Numbered from the stretch's first letter, positions 51,138 to 62,750 are shown. The stretch is 64,000 bases of DNA from an uncultured Chlamydiales bacterium (GCA_963705695.1 CAVPKN010000012.1:12702-76701), one strand, 5' to 3'. The notes: a model not told the origin generated them from the letters alone. Program-made: numbers and translations.

Positions 51138-53119
51138 AGGTTCCAGGCATCGTAGAGGAGTTTGAGCTCCTTAAGTTCTTTCAACCAATCTGCTTTTTCT
51201 GGGCAAGAGCGGGGATCACCTGTGGGGTAGCCATAGGGATCATCGGGAGAGACTCCTAGATATTGGAGCGTTCTTCTGGCGATCTCTTTAAACACCGGCC
51301 CCGCACACCGCCCCCCCATCTGATTTTTGGCTCCATTTTCCAAGACCATGGCTTTTGGCTCATCGATCGACACAATCAATACAAACCGCGCAGGGATCAC
51401 CTCTTCCTCTACAACTGCAGGAATAAATCCGATGAAAGAGGAGATGTGGAGTTTTTTATTGTACTCTCCATTGACAATCTTCTCTGCTGTCCCCGTCTTT
51501 CCCGCTTTGGTGTAGCCATTGATATCTGCCAAATGGCTATCGCCCCCCGGTTTCGTCGAATATTTCATCGCTTTAACCACTTCTTTGACAATTTCATTCT
51601 CCAATACACGGGGAAAATCTTCACGCCGCATTTTATTCTCATAAAGTACAGTATCGCCTGCGACAATTTTACGCACTAATGTAGGTCTTGTTAGATATCC
51701 GCCATTGGCAAACACAGCATACGCCCTGAGCATTTGAAGGCTCGTTGCCAAAATATTGTAGCCGATGGCTAATGAGTAAGGAGTTGGTACAGACCACTCT
51801 AATGCGCCGCTAGGATGGAGCTTTCCTGGCCTAGGGACTAATCCCACAGCCTCTGCGGGGAGCTCAATCCCCGTTTTTCCTCCAAATCCAAATGTTTCAA
51901 CAAGTTGTTTCCGATACCATTCATTACCTAGGGAAGCAATCACTCGGTCCACAATCTGCGCAAAATAAACATTGGAGGATTTTTGGATCGCCATGTACAT
52001 ATTCATGGCACGGTGTTGCCGAGGCCTATCGATCAAAGGGCGGCTTGCCCGACCTGGAAAAATACTCCGTGTCGTATCGATTTTATCTGAAGGCTCAAAA
52101 AGGGTTTTTTTTCCCTGCTTCTTGAGCTCCTCATTCGCTTTTAAACCGATAGCCACCGTGATGGGCTTCATGATCGAACCGATCTCAAATGCGTCGGTGA
52201 TCGCTTTCACTTTGGCGTTCTCTATCTTATCAGGATCATTGAAATATTCCCGATAATTTGAGGGGTCAAAAAAGGGGTACTGCGCCAAGGCTAAAATTTC
52301 ACCTGAAGCAGGATCCATCATCACGGCCCACCCTCCCTTCGCCTGCGCTGTGAGGACCCCCTTTTCGAGCTCCTCTTCAGTTATCGATTGGATGCAGTGG
52401 TTGATGGTGAGGTAGAGATCGGCGCCATCTTCAGGCCGGACGAGAATGTGATCGCTATCGAGTTGATTGAGTGGGGAGCGGAGCAGTTTCCGTTTCCCTT
52501 GCCGCCCTTTAAGATACTGATTGAAGTAGGCTTCGAGCCCTCCTGTGGGCAAACCTTCCGCAGTTTGCTCATCTTTCATCTCCCTTATTGTATGGAGCAC
52601 TTGTCCCAGCGATTGCCCAAAAGGGTAGCAACGGCGGTAGTCGGAGATAAAATAAAGGGCATTGGAGGCAATTTTATGTTGCCGCGCGTAAGGGGACCAC
52701 CAACGCAAGATCGCTTCTTTACATTCTTGATCGAGCCACGGCATGATCTTCCGGCTCCGGCTTTTTAAGGCAAACTCCTTACCGATCTCTGGTCCCAGAG
52801 GGAAAAACGAGCCCAATTTGCGGATGATCTCCTCTCGACACCGTGCAGGAATTGAGAGTGGGTCGACGTAGAGATGAAATTTAGTGACATCGATAGCAAG
52901 AGGTTGTGGGGACTCGGGATGCCCCTTTTTAATCGCGGTATTACTGTAAAAGGTCCCCCTTCGAAATGGCTCTTTCACAACCACTTCATGTTGTCCGTGT
53001 GCTTCCCGCTTCCATTTCTCAGTTTCTAGAACTTGAATTTTAAAATATTGAGCAATTAGCAAAGAGTAGAGAAAAAAGAGACTTAAGGCAACGATCAACA
53101 CCCTTTTTTTCTCTCTCAC
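51134..53119 (-). CDS. ftsI: Penicillin-binding protein 3
   Basis: GSIMK (SxxK), SSN, KTG motifs. Confidence 0.94.
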   Translation of the reverse strand: MREKKRVLIVALSLFFLYSLLIAQYFKIQVLETEKWKREAHGQHEVVVKEPFRRGTFYSNTAIKKGHPESPQPLAIDVTKFHLYVDPLSIPARCREEIIRKLGSFFPLGPEIGKEFALKSRSRKIMPWLDQECKEAILRWWSPYARQHKIASNALYFISDYRRCYPFGQSLGQVLHTIREMKDEQTAEGLPTGGLEAYFNQYLKGRQGKRKLLRSPLNQLDSDHILVRPEDGADLYLTINHCIQSITEEELEKGVLTAQAKGGWAVMMDPASGEILALAQYPFFDPSNYREYFNDPDKIENAKVKAITDAFEIGSIMKPITVAIGLKANEELKKQGKKTLFEPSDKIDTTRSIFPGRASRPLIDRPRQHRAMNMYMAIQKSSNVYFAQIVDRVIASLGNEWYRKQLVETFGFGGKTGIELPAEAVGLVPRPGKLHPSGALEWSVPTPYSLAIGYNILATSLQMLRAYAVFANGGYLTRPTLVRKIVAGDTVLYENKMRREDFPRVLENEIVKEVVKAMKYSTKPGGDSHLADINGYTKAGKTGTAEKIVNGEYNKKLHISSFIGFIPAVVEEEVIPARFVLIVSIDEPKAMVLENGAKNQMGGRCAGPVFKEIARRTLQYLGVSPDDPYGYPTGDPRSCPEKADWLKELKELKLLYDAWNL

Positions 53120-53397
53120 GGAACCTCTATGGTAATAATCTCTTCAAGGAGAGGGTGTTTTAAATGACTAAATTGAGGTTGTCTGGCGATCTCCATCAGA
53201 TGTTGCGGGCTTTCAAATTGGTCTATTTCAAATTGAAGGCGGGTATTTTCCTGTACAATCTCCTGCAATTTCATCATCGCAATAGGGATATGTAAACGGA
53301 GCTCCGTAATGGAATTTTGTTTGCCAATATATGCGTAGAGAAAACAGACCACAATGGAGATACAAAATAGAACTCGGACAAAGATGGCGCGGCTCAT
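53116..53397 (-). CDS. ftsL: FtsL-like division protein
   Basis: TM plus coiled coil, between rsmH and ftsI. Confidence 0.8.
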   Translation of the reverse strand: MSRAIFVRVLFCISIVVCFLYAYIGKQNSITELRLHIPIAMMKLQEIVQENTRLQFEIDQFESPQHLMEIARQPQFSHLKHPLLEEIITIEVP

Positions 53398-53412
53398 GAA
53401 CCTATCCCACTA
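53396..53412. repeat. Solo end of Family A element at the ftsL start
   Basis: ATGAACCTATCCCACTA, identical to 50961-50977. Confidence 0.75.
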
Positions 53413-53421
53413 CATATGCAA

Positions 53422-54312
53422 TCACACTTTTTCAACAAAACGCATCTTAGCAGATCGGCTTCTTGGATTTCTTCTGATTTCCTCATCTGAGGCGATAATC
53501 GGTTTTTTGGTCAAAATAACTATTTTTTTCTCCATGGCACCGCTTCGAAAGGTATTTTTCACGATTCGATCTTCAAGACTATGGAAGGAGATCACGCCAA
53601 GGCGTCCACCAGGCGCCAAAAGCTCAATAGCTTGCGGCAGTGCTGCTTCAAGAGCACCCAATTCATCATTTACATAAATCCGTAGCGCCTGAAAGATGAG
53701 TGTCATCGGATGAATTTTTTTATTTTTTCTCCCACTCCAAGTCAAAGCATGCTTTAGCGCCTCTCCCAATTCAAAAGTCGTTGTGATCCTTTTTTTTCTC
53801 CGCGCCTCAACAATCGCTTTAGCCGCTCGTCGCCATCTTTTTTCCTCCCCTAATTCGAGAAAAATGCGGCCCAGCTCTTTTTCGGAAAATGTGTTCACCA
53901 CCCGCTCTGCATCTAAATGCTGATCGGGATCCATCCTCATATCGAGAGGACCCTCCCTATAGATACTAAATCCTTTCTCAGCTTGATCGAGCTGCATCGA
54001 GGAGACACCCAGATCTAAAAAGATACCATCGAATCCAACCTCGGGAACCTTCCTAGAGATCAGTTGCTCCATATTTCGAAAATTGCCATGGAGAAGGTGG
54101 GTTTTATCCAAAAAACGATTCAGCGTGTGAGCGGCGATTTTCAGGGCACTTTCATCCTGATCCAAACCATAAAAATGTTCCATTTCAGGATGCGCTTCGA
54201 GAAGCGCCGCCCCATGCCCCCCCGCACCCACTGTCCCATCAATAAAATTCCTAACCTCTTTATTTTCAAAAAAAGAGAGGAAAGAGGCCACTAGAATCGG
54301 TTCATGCAACAT
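53422..54312 (-). CDS. rsmH: 16S rRNA m4C1402 methyltransferase
   Basis: DGTVGAGGH, DLGVSSMQLD, FHSLEDR, NPRSRSAK. Confidence 0.96.
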   Translation of the reverse strand: MLHEPILVASFLSFFENKEVRNFIDGTVGAGGHGAALLEAHPEMEHFYGLDQDESALKIAAHTLNRFLDKTHLLHGNFRNMEQLISRKVPEVGFDGIFLDLGVSSMQLDQAEKGFSIYREGPLDMRMDPDQHLDAERVVNTFSEKELGRIFLELGEEKRWRRAAKAIVEARRKKRITTTFELGEALKHALTWSGRKNKKIHPMTLIFQALRIYVNDELGALEAALPQAIELLAPGGRLGVISFHSLEDRIVKNTFRSGAMEKKIVILTKKPIIASDEEIRRNPRSRSAKMRFVEKV

Positions 54313-54468
54313 CGTTTCAAATCCACCTGCAAAAGCTGTGCAAAATAGAGATATTATAACGTCCGCTTTTTTCTTTCTCCTTAGAAGCTTAAATTGTGTT
54401 CAAAAAATCGCAATTTATAGCTAAAGTGGTGTTGCATTTTTATGCGGTGTCTTTCCAAGGAGGTGCTT

Positions 54469-54789
54469 ATGACCGTAAATCCTGTTTTTCAAAACTCTAC
54501 CGTTAACACTCAATTATCAGAGTGGATACCACAATTTCAAAAGCCGATAATGGACAATCAGAGTCTTCAGGAAATGGAAAATTACTACTTCAAAGAGCTT
54601 GAGCGTTTTGGGCCTCTTACTTATGTGATTATTAGAGAGTCTATGGGTAATAGATATCTTTATAAAGATGAAAGTGGCAGTAATAAAACATTACGTACAT
54701 ATATGGATGATTATTATAATACGGATGCAGAGTTAGATGAACAGCGATGGATTTGCGCCCATTGTCGATCAATTAGAATTTTTAAATAA
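54469..54789 (+). CDS. Hypothetical protein
   Basis: SD AGGAGG before ATG 54469; AT-rich; C-terminal CAHC. Confidence 0.55.
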   Translation: MTVNPVFQNSTVNTQLSEWIPQFQKPIMDNQSLQEMENYYFKELERFGPLTYVIIRESMGNRYLYKDESGSNKTLRTYMDDYYNTDAELDEQRWICAHCRSIRIFK

Positions 54790-55012
54790 AAAAATTAGCT
54801 TTGAAATTTTCCGAAAGCGCCTTCAAGGATAAGTCTAGGATCGGCTGAGGAAAAGATCTATTGGCTTCTCTGCTTTCTCTGTGTTTTCCGAGCTTTCACG
54901 TAGGTCAAAATGTGTCATTTCAAGTAGAATCGACTATAAGAGGTTGCCATACCTTGCTCTCCCTCTGTCGATGATTTTTTGCACAAAATGAGTTATGAGT
55001 TAATATAATCCT

Positions 55013-55534
55013 ATGGTCGAGATTTACAGTTACGATATCACGACAAGCGAGCGATTCGCCCGTGATCAGCAACAAGTTGAGGCGTTTCGCAGGCAATACC
55101 ATATCCCTCCAAGTGGTGCAAGGCAGGTAGCCGTTCAGACGACGATTTTGGATTTTATTCCAAAACATCCGGCGATCGCTTTGCTGATGCAAACCTATCA
55201 AAGGAAAATTTGGGCGCGCTTTATGATTCCCAAAAATTATTATATGCAACGCTTTGCCTCTTCTTATGTCGCCCCCTCTTTAGGCACCCAAGAAAAGCAA
55301 GAAGCCGATATTCATCGACTTGAGGCGTATTTAAAAAGAAAAACGCATGGAAGGTTTGTCCGTCGGAAGGAGCGAGAGGAGAAGGGAGATGAGGAACGGA
55401 GAGAACATACCGAAGAGGAGGAGATGGTGGAAGAGGGAGAGACGTTGATCACTCTTCTCGAAATAGGGGTGAAAGAGACGAATGATTTAATAGATTATAT
55501 CGTCGCTCGAATGCACCAATTTATTCAGGCTTGA
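55013..55534 (+). CDS. Conserved chlamydial protein (CT273-like by synteny)
   Basis: MVEIYSY...WARF..P...RMHQFIQ; directly upstream of the TPR chaperone. Confidence 0.75.
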   Translation: MVEIYSYDITTSERFARDQQQVEAFRRQYHIPPSGARQVAVQTTILDFIPKHPAIALLMQTYQRKIWARFMIPKNYYMQRFASSYVAPSLGTQEKQEADIHRLEAYLKRKTHGRFVRRKEREEKGDEERREHTEEEEMVEEGETLITLLEIGVKETNDLIDYIVARMHQFIQA

Positions 55535-55546
55535 TCTGAGGTTCCA

Positions 55547-55942
55547 ATGGCAAAAGTAAATTGGCGAGAGATTTTAGGGTGGTCTAATGAACAACTTGAA
55601 GAGCTCCGCTTTTCTGGTTTCTCTTTCTTACGTGAGGGTCACTACAATAAAGCGTTGATTTTCTTCGAAGCACTGGTCATCCTTGATCCGGAAAGCTCCT
55701 ACGACGCTCAAACTCTCGGCGCCCTCTATCTGCAATTAGGGGATTCTCAAAAAGCGTTGCAATCGCTCAATACGGCGCTACAATTAGAACCCACTCATGA
55801 GCCCACTCAGCTCAATAAAGCAAAGGCGCTTGTTGCCCTCCATCAAAGGAATGAAGCGTTCAACCTCTTGAAAAATCTTGAACGGAGCGGCGATCCTCAA
55901 ATTGCTGGCGACGCCGCCGCTCTCCTCACTACTTACTCATAA
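55547..55942 (+). CDS. TPR / SycD-LcrH-type chaperone (CT274-like)
   Basis: GHYNKALIFFEALVILDP...YDAQTLGALYLQ TPR pattern. Confidence 0.85.
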   Translation: MAKVNWREILGWSNEQLEELRFSGFSFLREGHYNKALIFFEALVILDPESSYDAQTLGALYLQLGDSQKALQSLNTALQLEPTHEPTQLNKAKALVALHQRNEAFNLLKNLERSGDPQIAGDAAALLTTYS

Positions 55943-56004
55943 TTTATCCTCCATAAATTCCTGCCCTTGCCTAAATCCAGCGCAAGCATAGGGATTTTTT
56001 AACC

Positions 56005-56059
56005 AAAAGTGTTACCTATGTGGGTGAATCAGATGTAACCTATGTGACCGATCGGACCA
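56005..56059. mobile_element. Probable IS481-type solo end remnant
   Basis: Tandem TGTTACCTATGTG / TGTAACCTATGTG 24 bp apart. Confidence 0.5.
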
Positions 56060-56206
56060 GTGAATTTATCAAAATGCGGGCAGGGGCAAGCGCAAGGAAT
56101 TGAATCAGGCAAGGTGGTTCATTAGATCAATTTGGGTGTAAAGGGGTTATCAGCTAAGGATGAAATTTCCTTGCGGGCTTTGCTGACAGATGCTAAATTC
56201 TCGACC

Positions 56207-56260
56207 TTGTTCACAATCCAAAGAATGCCCGACAGGCTATTGTGGAAAGCTTTGTTCATA
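56207..56260. promoter_or_regulatory. Degenerate DnaA-box-like sites upstream of dnaA
   Basis: TTGTTCACA (56207), TGTGGAAAG (56241), TTGTTCATA (56252). Confidence 0.35.
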
Positions 56261-56300
56261 AATTGGGCAGCTCTGATTTTTTCGCTAAGGAACGGTAGAT

Positions 56301-57641
56301 ATGTTGACTTATGATGCAGTGGAGACATGGACCCAATTTCTCGAATGTGTAAAGAAAAAAACGTCTCCCATCGCTTTTGAAAACTGGCTCGCGCCCATTA
56401 AAGTTCTTGCTTCTTCTGATGATAAGTTCTGCTTAGAGGTCCCTAATATTTTTGTAAAAGCCTATCTTTTAGATAATTACAAGAAAGATCTCGCCGCATT
56501 TTTGCCCCTGAGTGCAGAAGGGGAACTGGCGATTGAGTTTATCATTGCCGATCAACCTGCACGGAAAACACCTATTGCGCCACGACCTACACCGCAACCT
56601 GCTGCGGAAGAAAATATTGAATATGAACAAAAACTAAATCCTGGTTATCGCTTTGATAATTTTATCGAGGGGGCATCGAACCAATTTGTGAAATCGGCAG
56701 CAATGGGGATCGCTTTCCGCCCAGGTCGTTCCTACAATCCTCTATTCATTCATGGTGGCGTAGGCTTGGGCAAAACCCATCTCCTTCACGCTATCGGCCA
56801 CTACGCCAAGGAAAATCATAAGAAATTGCGAGTACAATGTATTACAACTGAGGCGTTTATTAACGAACTTGTCGAGAACCTCCGCAGCAAATCGGTCGAC
56901 CGGATGAAACGGTTTTACCGCTCATTAGATATCTTATTAGTCGACGATATCCAATTTCTCCAAAACCGATTAAACTTTGAGGATGAGTTTTGCAATACGT
57001 TTGAGAGCTTGATTAACCAGAATAAGCAGATTGTGATCTCAAGCGATAAAGCCCCTGGACAATTAAAACTCTCTGAACGGATCGTCGCCCGTATGGAATG
57101 GGGTCTTGTAGCCCATGTCGGCGTGCCCGATTTAGAAACGCGTGTAGCCATTATCCAACATAAAGCGGGGCAAAAGGGATTAACGATTCCCAATCCGATT
57201 GCATTTTTTATCGCCGAACATATTTTCAGCAATGTGCGTCAGTTAGAAGGGGCCATTAACCGTTTGACGGCTCATTGCCGCCTCCTAGGTGAAGAGATCA
57301 CAGAAGCAGTCGTTGAAAAGACACTGAGTGAACTCTTTCAAACGGCGCCTAAACAAAAGGTTTCAGCCGAAAGCATTTTAAAAAGTGTAGCTACTGTATT
57401 TCAAGTCCGTGTCACTGATTTAAAAGGAACATCTCGTACGAAGGAGATCGCGTTGGCCAGGCAGGTAGCGATGTTCCTTGCTAAAGAGCTTATCCAAGAG
57501 TCGCTAATGATGATTGGCGCCTCCTTTGGCAAAACCCACTCAACCATCTTGCATGCATGTAAGACTATTGAAAATAAAATAAAAAAAGACGAAGCTCTTA
57601 AACGACAGATTGCGTTATGCCGACGCAATATTGATGTATGA
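56301..57641 (+). CDS. dnaA: Replication initiator DnaA
   Basis: [40 protein letters not shown]. Confidence 0.97.
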   Translation: MLTYDAVETWTQFLECVKKKTSPIAFENWLAPIKVLASSDDKFCLEVPNIFVKAYLLDNYKKDLAAFLPLSAEGELAIEFIIADQPARKTPIAPRPTPQPAAEENIEYEQKLNPGYRFDNFIEGASNQFVKSAAMGIAFRPGRSYNPLFIHGGVGLGKTHLLHAIGHYAKENHKKLRVQCITTEAFINELVENLRSKSVDRMKRFYRSLDILLVDDIQFLQNRLNFEDEFCNTFESLINQNKQIVISSDKAPGQLKLSERIVARMEWGLVAHVGVPDLETRVAIIQHKAGQKGLTIPNPIAFFIAEHIFSNVRQLEGAINRLTAHCRLLGEEITEAVVEKTLSELFQTAPKQKVSAESILKSVATVFQVRVTDLKGTSRTKEIALARQVAMFLAKELIQESLMMIGASFGKTHSTILHACKTIENKIKKDEALKRQIALCRRNIDV

Positions 57642-57673
57642 CTTTGTAGACCCCTTTTTAGCCTGGAGATTTT

Positions 57674-58252
57674 ATGTTTCGCAGATCGGGAAAAAATTCA
57701 CAAGACGATGAGGAGACCCCCATCCCCTCCCCTTTTACTAAGTACAGTGCCAAGAAAAATGAAGGGCCAGATGTGACGCAACGGATCTTCGATACACCGA
57801 TCGCGCGCCCTACTCCTTTAGAGGGGCACGATGAGCAGTGGAGCAACCCAAAGACCGCCACATTGCCCCACCATTTTGAAGGGATGTTGAATGAAGATGC
57901 CCCAGAGACTGTTTTAGGAGCTGGAGTGACCTTCCGTGGACAGCTCAGTTTCGAAAGGTTTTTGCGGATCGACGGCTCCTTTGAAGGAGAACTTCTCTCC
58001 CAGGGTAAGGTCGTCGTTGGCCCCACAGGAAAAGTAAAGGCGAATCTCAATTTACGAGAAGCCATTGTTGAGGGATTGGTCGAAGGGGATATTACTGTTC
58101 AGGAAAAACTTGAGCTGCGAGGGGAAGCCATCATCAAAGGGAATATCCGTGCGCGATCACTCTGCGTGGATGAGGGTGTTTCCATTTTCGGTCACGTGGC
58201 GATCCCTGCCCCTACAGTGGAAGTGGCTCACCCCCCAACTGAAAAAAAATAA
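57674..58252 (+). CDS. bacA: Bactofilin
   Basis: TVLGAGVTFRGQL...LRIDG...VEGDI beta-helix; N-terminal extension. Confidence 0.9.
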   Translation: MFRRSGKNSQDDEETPIPSPFTKYSAKKNEGPDVTQRIFDTPIARPTPLEGHDEQWSNPKTATLPHHFEGMLNEDAPETVLGAGVTFRGQLSFERFLRIDGSFEGELLSQGKVVVGPTGKVKANLNLREAIVEGLVEGDITVQEKLELRGEAIIKGNIRARSLCVDEGVSIFGHVAIPAPTVEVAHPPTEKK

Positions 58253-58259
58253 CATTATT

Positions 58260-58433
58260 AACTCACCTTACGCAGCCACTGGTCCATGTAAGCAGGCTGC
58301 ATTCTGATCTGAGAGAGTCTCTCTCGTCGGCCATAGCGCTTTGGCTATGATCTCCTCCAGATCGCTGCGCCTCCTCTCTCATATCAGAGTTCGCTTCTGC
58401 TTCCATTGGACCATTGACTGCGTAAGGTGAGTT
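58260..58433. mobile_element. Family H palindromic element, copy 1
   Basis: 16-bp TIR AACTCACCTTACGCAG; inverted homolog at 62584-62750. Confidence 0.9.
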
Positions 58434-58438
58434 CTTGA

Positions 58439-59133
58439 TCAGATGGAGCGCGCGAGGCTTAAACCGAATATTTTTTGAGGAAAGGCACTCTCTAACGTTT
58501 CGGCACAACGGAGGAGAGTGGTCCCCGTAGTCATAACATCATCGACGATTAAGATGATTTTGTTATAAATTTTATCCTTTTTTTTGAGGGAGAAGCCGAA
58601 AGAGGGAGTTTCTCTCTTTGCTGCATGGCAAGGCGGGCTTGGGAAAAATCGCCCGCCTCCCTTCTAATCAGGGGAAGTGCCCGTGTCCCTAACCTCACAG
58701 CAAGGTTCTTTGCTAAAAGGTGGGCGTGATTTTCCCCTTGAAACCATTGCCTTCTTGGCACTGGAATAATGAGGTCTGGGGTAGGCCACTGAAGATGGAA
58801 GAACTGCGCTGCCATAAAGGCACCTGCTGTCTTAGCCAAGTAGGGCATCCGCCCATATTTAATCCCTTTGACAAGTGAAGTGACAGCTCCCAAGTAATCG
58901 AGTGAAGCGGCCAGCTTGGTTCCCCATCTTTTTTTTCTGACACACTCTGTGCAAGGGGCTCTTCCCTCATTTTCAGCAAAACAATAAATACAGCGGCTCC
59001 CCGGATCGATCAGTTCGAAGAAAGTCGCACACGCCGTGCAAAAGAGCCTCTCCCCATGATTTATTCGCTCATCGCAATGTAAACAAAGTGGGGGGAAAAT
59101 GAGGTGAATGCCCGATTTGATGAGCCAGTTCAC
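58439..59133 (-). CDS. comF: ComF-family phosphoribosyltransferase (one frameshift)
   Basis: Double zinc-ribbon CxxC motifs, IIPVP, downstream frame IVDDVMTTGTT. Confidence 0.88.
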
Positions 59134-62100
59134 CCGCCGCTCATCAGTGTATAGGATGGGTGAAGCAGGGTACCTTTGACGGTGATCGTCAGAAACTCAG
59201 CCAGCTTCATGAGAAGATTGTATTGCTTCATTTTCACTTTCATATTCAAATTACCCTTAAAATCCACATAAGCAGAGGACCCCTCGGCTAAATAGAAACG
59301 GGAGCGTTTCCCTTCGCTATACATCTCTTTAAATTCATTGAGATAAATTTTCCCATTTTCGATCTCATAATCAATTTTCCCTCGCACGGGAACAAAATTG
59401 GTCAAATCGAGACCAATGCGGGCCGAAATTTCCTGTGGGAAGAAGCATCAATTGAGCCAGCAAATTTCTCTTAGGTAACTGATTAAATTCGATCTCCCCA
59501 TCGCCGATAAAACTGTGAGGATTCCCAATCTCACCACTTATTTTATTAACTATTCCATGCGGGACATAGAGGGAGTGGAAAAATGATTTGGAGCGGGGTT
59601 GGGGGGTTTTCCACACATTTTTAACAAAGGAGGGGCGGAAATTAGAAATCGATAATTTATTCAGTGAAAAAAACCACCCTTTATCGCTGTTTGTTACGGT
59701 AGCATCCTGGATATGGATCTGCCTGCGGAGTCCTTTAAGCTCACATCACACAATTGAATTGTTTTTGGGAAAAAAGAGGGGGATTCCCCTTTTTCCTCTG
59801 GCAAGAGGATCAACGCTCCATCGAGAGAAGCGCATTCAAGGCCTTTCACTTGGCACCCATGACCCACAATTTTCCCCATATAGTAAACATTGAAGGGAGA
59901 GTTTGGGTCGATCAGCCACTGGCCATCGAGTTGGTAATCACCCTTAAATTCATATTTTGCCACGAGCTCTTTCCCTATTGCTGGAAATAGGCGATGGGCG
60001 ATTTGAGGTGAAAAATGGATTTGCCCCTCCAAAACAAGCTTTTCCTGTTTTTCTCCTTGACTGACAAGAGAGCCTTGTAAATGGGAAAAATTTCCTTCCA
60101 CAGCATGCATGTGCCATTTTCCTCCATTGCCTTTCCAGGTGACGCGGAAATGTTCTTTCTCTTGCAACTTGAGATCAAACCCGTGGTAATTCACATGAGT
60201 AAAATCACTCTGAATCTCATTGTTTTCAAAGTCGTATCTGCCAGAAAGGGAAAATGCCAAGTTCTCTCCTGCAGAACAGGCGATGTTATGCAGTAAAATT
60301 GTTTTCCCTATAAAACTTACAGAGCCGCTCCCTTTTCCATTCTCCCCATAAAAACTGCTCAATCTCAATTTTCTCTTCGGTTTGCCGAGCGTTCATGAAA
60401 ACAGTTTTTTCAGATAAACCCTCATGCCCCTTGAGCAGCAATTTTTTTCCCCACTCCTTGCGAGCCGTTTTCCGATGTGTAACTGAGTTCGAAGAGCGGG
60501 TTGTTTCCATCATTCGCATGGCAATATAGCCCACCTGTTTTGCAATCATAATTGAAAGAGGCATAGCAGTGGGGAATTTCGAAATAACTGGGTAATGAGG
60601 TGCAATAAAGATCACCGTGGACCCGTCCCTCAATTAAAGTGGCCTCTGGAGTCAATCTGTAGTGAAAAAGAAGAGGCATGTCATGACAATAGATGTGCCC
60701 ATCAAGAGGGAGAAAGCAGATGGGGGAATGGTTAAAATGGGAGAGAAATTGTTGCCCCGCACTGATCGTTCCAGAAAGGGAATCGGCGGCAATCATTAAA
60801 TCTACATGATCACAAGATGCAGTCACAATTTCCACTTTTCCCTGCAATTGGAGCCCAGCTGACTCGGCAGAAAGTTCTTTAATCGAAATCTTTCCGTTTT
60901 CGAAGATCGCCATAGCTGTTGCATGATCGAGTTCAAAACCGTAGTTTTTTTGCCAATAGGTTCCCTGGATCAAGGGGAGCACTCCCAGGTACTCTCCTGT
61001 CAAAACATTGATCTCGTACGTTCCTCCTTGTGGAGTGCCTAGTGCTCCAAGTTTGAACTTTGAACCCTCAAGTGAAATAGAAGGAACTTGGCAGGCGATC
61101 TTTAAATGGTGATCATTAAACGACCCTTCAAAATCGGCACTTCCTGTTAGCGATAGGGATTGGTTTTCAAAAAGAAAAGGGGCAAGAAATCTCTCTAAAG
61201 GAACTTTCTCCCCACGAAAATGACACGCTAGACCGGGAGTCCCTCTTGTTAGCAAACAATCAAAAGGGAAATGGTAAGCGCTATTTGAGTGATTAGAGAT
61301 CATCGCTTCTCCATGAAGAGCCGCTTCCCCCCGCATTAGCAATCAAACAGGCATCGATCGAAAGGCTCTCTTCACAAAAGGCGCTCTTAACTCCCCGTGC
61401 GATCCGTTGAGGAAGAAAATCCTCTAATTTTTTGAGGGGACCGAAACAATGCAGATTGAGGTAGGGGCGATAGGAATGCCACGTAATGTGAGTTCCCCTC
61501 TAAGCCGAATACGATTCCTTTCCAGAGTGCCTGAGTGAGTCTCCCCTCTTGAATCGCAAATGTTCCGCAGAGATGGTGAATCGAACGTACGTGCTCCCAA
61601 TGTTCCACACGATGAGAACACCGACCACAGCTACCTTCAGTAAGTGCAAGAAAAGCGTTAAATGATTCCTGTTTTCTAAAATCGATATCGAACTCGGTGA
61701 TCAACTCTTCACAAGAAAGAAGAGGTTGGGAGTCGATTTAGAGATTTGAGCAAGCGCTTCCTCTAAGTGGAATTTTCCTTTCATGGTACCTGGCACGCCT
61801 TTGATAAATACCATTTCACACTCTCCTTGAGCCCTACCGTTTAAAATTTCCCACTCAATGGCAGATTCGGGCAAATAGTTGTGGAAGAAGTAGGTCGCCA
61901 AATAAGACAATATAGGTAAAGGGCAAGAGTCAATAGAATAACCATCAAGAGACCTTGTATCCCCTGTCGTTTTGAAGTGAGTCACCATGGGGGCGGTATT
62001 GTGTTCCCACTCGCAGACGAGTGTCCCACTTGCTTGATCATCGCACACATGGTGTGTGAGATCAAAACGCGCATGGCGGAAAAAATGATTTTTCCGATGT

Positions 62101-62567
62101 AGTCGTAAAGAAAAAAGTTCCCCTCCTTCCAAATAGGTATCGAATTGCAAGGTGAAAAATTGAAAACAGGGTGGTGACGGCGTTAAGATCGGAAGGGAAA
62201 CCTTTTTTTTGTGAATAATTTTCAAACCGTCTACTTTGAGAGTGCCGCTGATCATTCTTTTTTTCCAATTGATATGAGGCACTAAAGAGGCTACATCGAA
62301 AGAAGCGTCTATCTGATCTTTCCTATAGAGTTTACCTCCCTTAATAACGATCGTTCCCTCGTTCCAAGTAATGGAATCGATCAAGAGATGGGCTGCAAAG
62401 GCTTCGAGACAGTAACTCTTTGCCTTCCAAGCCACATATTTAAGAACGATCTGTTTTGGAAAAAGAAGGAGAAAAACAATAAAGAGAGCCAATGATGCGA
62501 GGAAGAGCTTCTTAATCCAGCGATGGGTAATACCCTGATCATGATGCAGCTGATTCCACCTTTCCAT
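59130..62567 (-). CDS. Large N-anchored beta-rich protein, AsmA-like candidate (frameshifted)
   Basis: Six consecutive fragments, single N-terminal TM, C-terminal ITVKGTLLHPSY. Confidence 0.6.
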
Positions 62568-62583
62568 AAAGCGAGTTTAAGTT

Positions 62584-62750
62584 AACTCATCTTACGCAGT
62601 CAATGGTCCAATGGAAGCAGAAGCGAACTCTAATATGAGCGAGGAAGCGCAGCGATCTCGAGGAGGTCATAGCCAAAGCGCTATGGCCGACGAGACTCTC
62701 TCAGATCAGAGTGCAGCCTGCTTACATGGATCAGTGTCGTTGAGATAACG
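62584..62750. mobile_element. Family H palindromic element, copy 2 (inverted, right end degenerate)
   Basis: Reverse-complement homolog of 58260-58433. Confidence 0.88.

Noticed and set aside
55943-56300. oriC next to dnaA
   Set aside because: Only degenerate DnaA boxes and no clear AT-rich unwinding element
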